A stretch of DNA of 64,000 nucleotides from Eubacteriales bacterium. Its GTDB lineage: Bacteria; Bacillota; Clostridia; Oscillospirales; CAG-272. Shown piece after piece: positions 61,556-64,000 of the stretch. The DNA lies in assembly GCA_045613205.1 (NCBI GenBank), contig JAZLAO010000037.1, forward strand, positions 14,851 to 78,850. Reading direction: 5' to 3'. The notes beneath the pieces are model-generated. The model made no database searches, was not told where the DNA came from, and saw only the letters and a list, made by a program, of their open reading frames with translations. Every line of letters starts with the position of its first letter. The stretch's first letter is position 1. The position numbers and the translations under genes are program-made.

Positions 61556-63529
61556 TTAAACTATAACTATCTCGTCCTCTTCTCCGGTTTTAGTCGGAAT
61601 CGTCTCTATTCTGTTGATGCGGTAGAAATGCATATACTGGTCATACCAGCGCTCAAACTGAAGCTCGTACTTTCCAACCTCGGCGCGCATCTTTCTTACA
61701 AGAGCCGCGGCCGACTCATCGTTTCCTTGCGCTTTTTCTATAAGAGCATCTGAAAGCATCTCGGCATACAAGGCGTGGAACTCGAGAAGCCTTACCGAAA
61801 CCGTCCTTACGCGGTAATCGGAATTATAGTGTTCTGCTATAAGTTTTCTTCCCTCTTTCGTGATTTCACGTACAGTCTTCAAGGACGGAACCTGCTCAGG
61901 CGAATAGAGGTCACTCTTACCCGTTCCCCTGTTTCTGTCGCCCGAGAAGTAGTCGTGACCGAAAGCTTTGCCAAGCTTATCGAGGTAATTATAGAACTCA
62001 CGCCAATCCTCACCGAATGCGCAGGAGAAGTACTCTTCTGCTATCTCCTCAAGCGAAAGATTTACGTCGTAGAGGGTACGCGCATAGGTATAGAATGCGA
62101 GTCCCGTCGGGAAGAAGCATCGCTGAGAGCCATCCTCGATAACACCGTTTATGTTATGGCTCTTATAGAATTTAATATCCTCGTTAATAACTCTCGAGTG
62201 AGATATTCCGCCGACGTCGTTCATCTGCCTTATCCAGAAATGGTACTCGTAGGCAAGGTTCGCGCCATGCCAATCCTTAGTCCAATTTTTAAAATGCGCA
62301 AACAACTCGTCAAAATTAGTAGGAAGAGTATTCTTATTTCTTACGTAAGGAGTTATCTTCACGTTTTCATCGGTTACCGTCAGGGACTTTGAATAAAACC
62401 GTGAGATAGGAGCAAAGAGAAGCGCGAATCTTTCGGGATTTTTGAGCTTTTCAACCTCGGGCGCCCACATCGTTTCGGTATAGGCTATGTAAACTATTCT
62501 GGTGCTAAGCTTTCTCTTCGTAAGCGCTTCGTCTATTTCGTTAAGAAGTATAACGTACCAATCCGACGGTGTTTTCTTCTGACAGTCCTCGCACTCGCAA
62601 TGGTTGTTGTGAAGGTCGCCTAGCCATACGTGAAGATAATCGGATGGGTGATTTTCAGCATATTCGGCAACGCCCTCTGCGACTATGCGTCTTCCCTCGT
62701 CGTTAGACATACAAAACTGAGTCCAGTTGGGATATCCGCGGTGGAGCTTACGCTCGCCGCCTACGAGCGCGAGATAGCTTTTCTGCTTTTCGGTAAGAGA
62801 GGCATTATTCAAATCCTGCTGTGCCTGGTCTCCGGTTCTCATAGCCATGTTTATACCGAAAGGCATGCAGGTCCAGCCGTGACCGATATCGTGGAACATA
62901 AGGCCTCTTTTTGAAAGCTCCGCCTCACACTGACGCTTCCACTGAAGAATCTGACTCGGGCTTATGGGCTCGGGGGTACGGTTTTCAAGGTTGCTCGTGT
63001 GATTGTAATAATGTCTGTAGTAACCGGGAACGAAGAACTCCATCATAAACACGTTCATTCCTACCTTTGGAACGAACTCTATTACGTCAAGCATATCCGA
63101 CTGATACTCCGCGCCCTCGTTACACCAACCTCTGTAACGGCAGGAGGGCTTGTGACGGTAATTTACAGGCAGGATATCCTGCATCGGTATAAACTCTCCG
63201 TCAACGCCGGGCATAAGCCAGCGGCAACCGTTCTGACGAAGGTACTCGTAAACCGCAAGAAGAACGCTTCGCGGGTTATCTCCAGCGATTATTCCGCCCT
63301 CTGTATCGGTATTTATATAAAGGATATCGTCAAGCTCCGGCTCTTCGGCATCGGAGATATCAAGCCCGAAATCCTGCATAAGTCCAAGACGGAAGCCATC
63401 CTTCGCTTCGGGGTTATAGGAAACCTCGATATTGCCGCATTCGGGCATCATCATTCTGAGATATTTGCGAAGCTCCTCGGCAGCGTAATCCACTGCGCTG
63501 AACGAAGAAATCTTTGAAATTTTAAGCAT
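61556..63529 (-). CDS. hypothetical large cytoplasmic protein, possibly a DUF4838/glycoside-hydrolase-like fold
   Basis: 657 aa with no signal peptide and a CECEDCQKK cluster. Its N-terminal layout is reminiscent of DUF4838 proteins. This assignment comes from memory of the family only. Confidence 0.35.
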   Translation of the reverse strand: MLKISKISSFSAVDYAAEELRKYLRMMMPECGNIEVSYNPEAKDGFRLGLMQDFGLDISDAEEPELDDILYINTDTEGGIIAGDNPRSVLLAVYEYLRQNGCRWLMPGVDGEFIPMQDILPVNYRHKPSCRYRGWCNEGAEYQSDMLDVIEFVPKVGMNVFMMEFFVPGYYRHYYNHTSNLENRTPEPISPSQILQWKRQCEAELSKRGLMFHDIGHGWTCMPFGINMAMRTGDQAQQDLNNASLTEKQKSYLALVGGERKLHRGYPNWTQFCMSNDEGRRIVAEGVAEYAENHPSDYLHVWLGDLHNNHCECEDCQKKTPSDWYVILLNEIDEALTKRKLSTRIVYIAYTETMWAPEVEKLKNPERFALLFAPISRFYSKSLTVTDENVKITPYVRNKNTLPTNFDELFAHFKNWTKDWHGANLAYEYHFWIRQMNDVGGISHSRVINEDIKFYKSHNINGVIEDGSQRCFFPTGLAFYTYARTLYDVNLSLEEIAEEYFSCAFGEDWREFYNYLDKLGKAFGHDYFSGDRNRGTGKSDLYSPEQVPSLKTVREITKEGRKLIAEHYNSDYRVRTVSVRLLEFHALYAEMLSDALIEKAQGNDESAAALVRKMRAEVGKYELQFERWYDQYMHFYRINRIETIPTKTGEEDEIVIV

Positions 63530-63619
63530 TATCAGTCCTCCAAAAACATTTGTAACTCCATTTTATAATATTAACCGACTAAAGTCAATACAGTGTCTAT
63601 CGAAACTTTTTCGAAATCG

Positions 63620-63648
63620 ATAAAAAAGCGCTCCGAATTCGGAGCGCC
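63620..63648 (-). terminator. rho-independent terminator of the permease gene
   Basis: On the minus strand: GCGCTCCGAATTCGGAGCGC followed by TTTTTT. Confidence 0.85.
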
Positions 63649-63665
63649 TGTTGTTATATGTATTA

Positions 63666-64000
63666 TTACATAGTTACAAGGAAGAAACGAAGTGTGAAGA
63701 GGATTGCGATACATGTTACCACTATATCCTTCTTCGTATATTTACCTGTCGCCGCAGTAATGATGGTGTAAGCTATAGCGCCTACCGCGATACCGTTAGA
63801 TATAGAATAAGTAAGAGGCATCATTACAAGAGCAAGGAATGCGGGAACAGCTGCTGTTATATCGCTCATATCAACCTTAGCAAAGTTCTTAAGCATAAGA
63901 ACGCCAACGTAGATAAGTGCGGGAGCTGTTGCGCATGAAGGAACGATTGCCGCTACAGGGGTAAGGAAGAGGCAAAGGAAGAAGCAAGCCGCGGTTACAA
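63666..64000 (-). CDS. NCS2/AzgA-family purine (adenine/guanine/hypoxanthine) permease, C-terminal part; the gene continues beyond the window
   Basis: The frame stays open to position 64000. The sequence ...APALIYVGVLMLKNFAKVDMSDITAAVPAFLALVMMPLTYSISNGIAVGA... matches AzgA/PbuG-type C-termini. Confidence 0.7.
   Translation of the reverse strand, partial: VTAACFFLCLFLTPVAAIVPSCATAPALIYVGVLMLKNFAKVDMSDITAAVPAFLALVMMPLTYSISNGIAVGAIAYTIITAATGKYTKKDIVVTCIAILFTLRFFLVTM

Noticed and set aside
1-64000. CRISPR arrays, transposases, IS elements, prophage or toxin-antitoxin modules
   Set aside because: I saw no regularly spaced direct repeats and no ORF with transposase, integrase, phage-structural or classic TA signatures on either strand.

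Overview
This is a 64-kb chromosomal window from an endospore-forming Firmicute of the class Clostridia. That call rests on gene content: spo0A, pro-sigK, yqfC/yqfD, a ylbJ-like gene, PPi-dependent PFK and GTP-type PEPCK. No database search was possible, so every call below rests on motifs I could read directly. The window is gene-dense, mostly on the minus strand, and largely housekeeping. It carries an mreB-like gene, recD2, the S-box riboswitch with metK, pfp, hslO and ispE. It also carries rpsF-ssb-rpsR, rpsT, ylxM-ffh-rpsP-khpA, glpK, rsmA, lepA-hemW and pgm. Further along are a marR-fakB-fakA-HAD operon, mutS2, recO-era-ybeY-phoH-yqfD-yqfC, nagB, pckG and spo0A. The last stretch has SRP RNA-dnaX-ybaB-recR, sigK, and the 3' end of a purine permease gene that runs off the window edge. 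RNA genes are tRNA-Thr(CGU), tRNA-Leu(CAA) and a large Bacillus-type SRP RNA. I found no CRISPR array, transposase, integrase or prophage. The most system-like and least understood locus is a translationally coupled three-gene cassette at 8820..14016 with its own consensus promoter. It encodes a TerB-N/TerB-C protein, a DUF2791/BrxD-type P-loop ATPase and an Lhr-like SF2 helicase. This domain composition matches the Shango-type candidate anti-phage system, whose mechanism is unknown. A SAM-dependent methyltransferase gene follows 1 nt after the helicase stop. Two paralogous P-type IIA cation ATPases each sit behind a structured leader. One leader is a recognisable yybP-ykoY (Mn2+) riboswitch. 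The other is a GC-rich ~200-nt element plus a terminator hairpin that I cannot assign to any known class. Smaller oddities include a Lys-rich N-terminal extension on FakA, a pseudo-receiver OmpR-type regulator next to sigK, a truncated prephenate-dehydratase/ACT-like protein, a tiny lipoprotein, and a palindromic core shared by two terminators.
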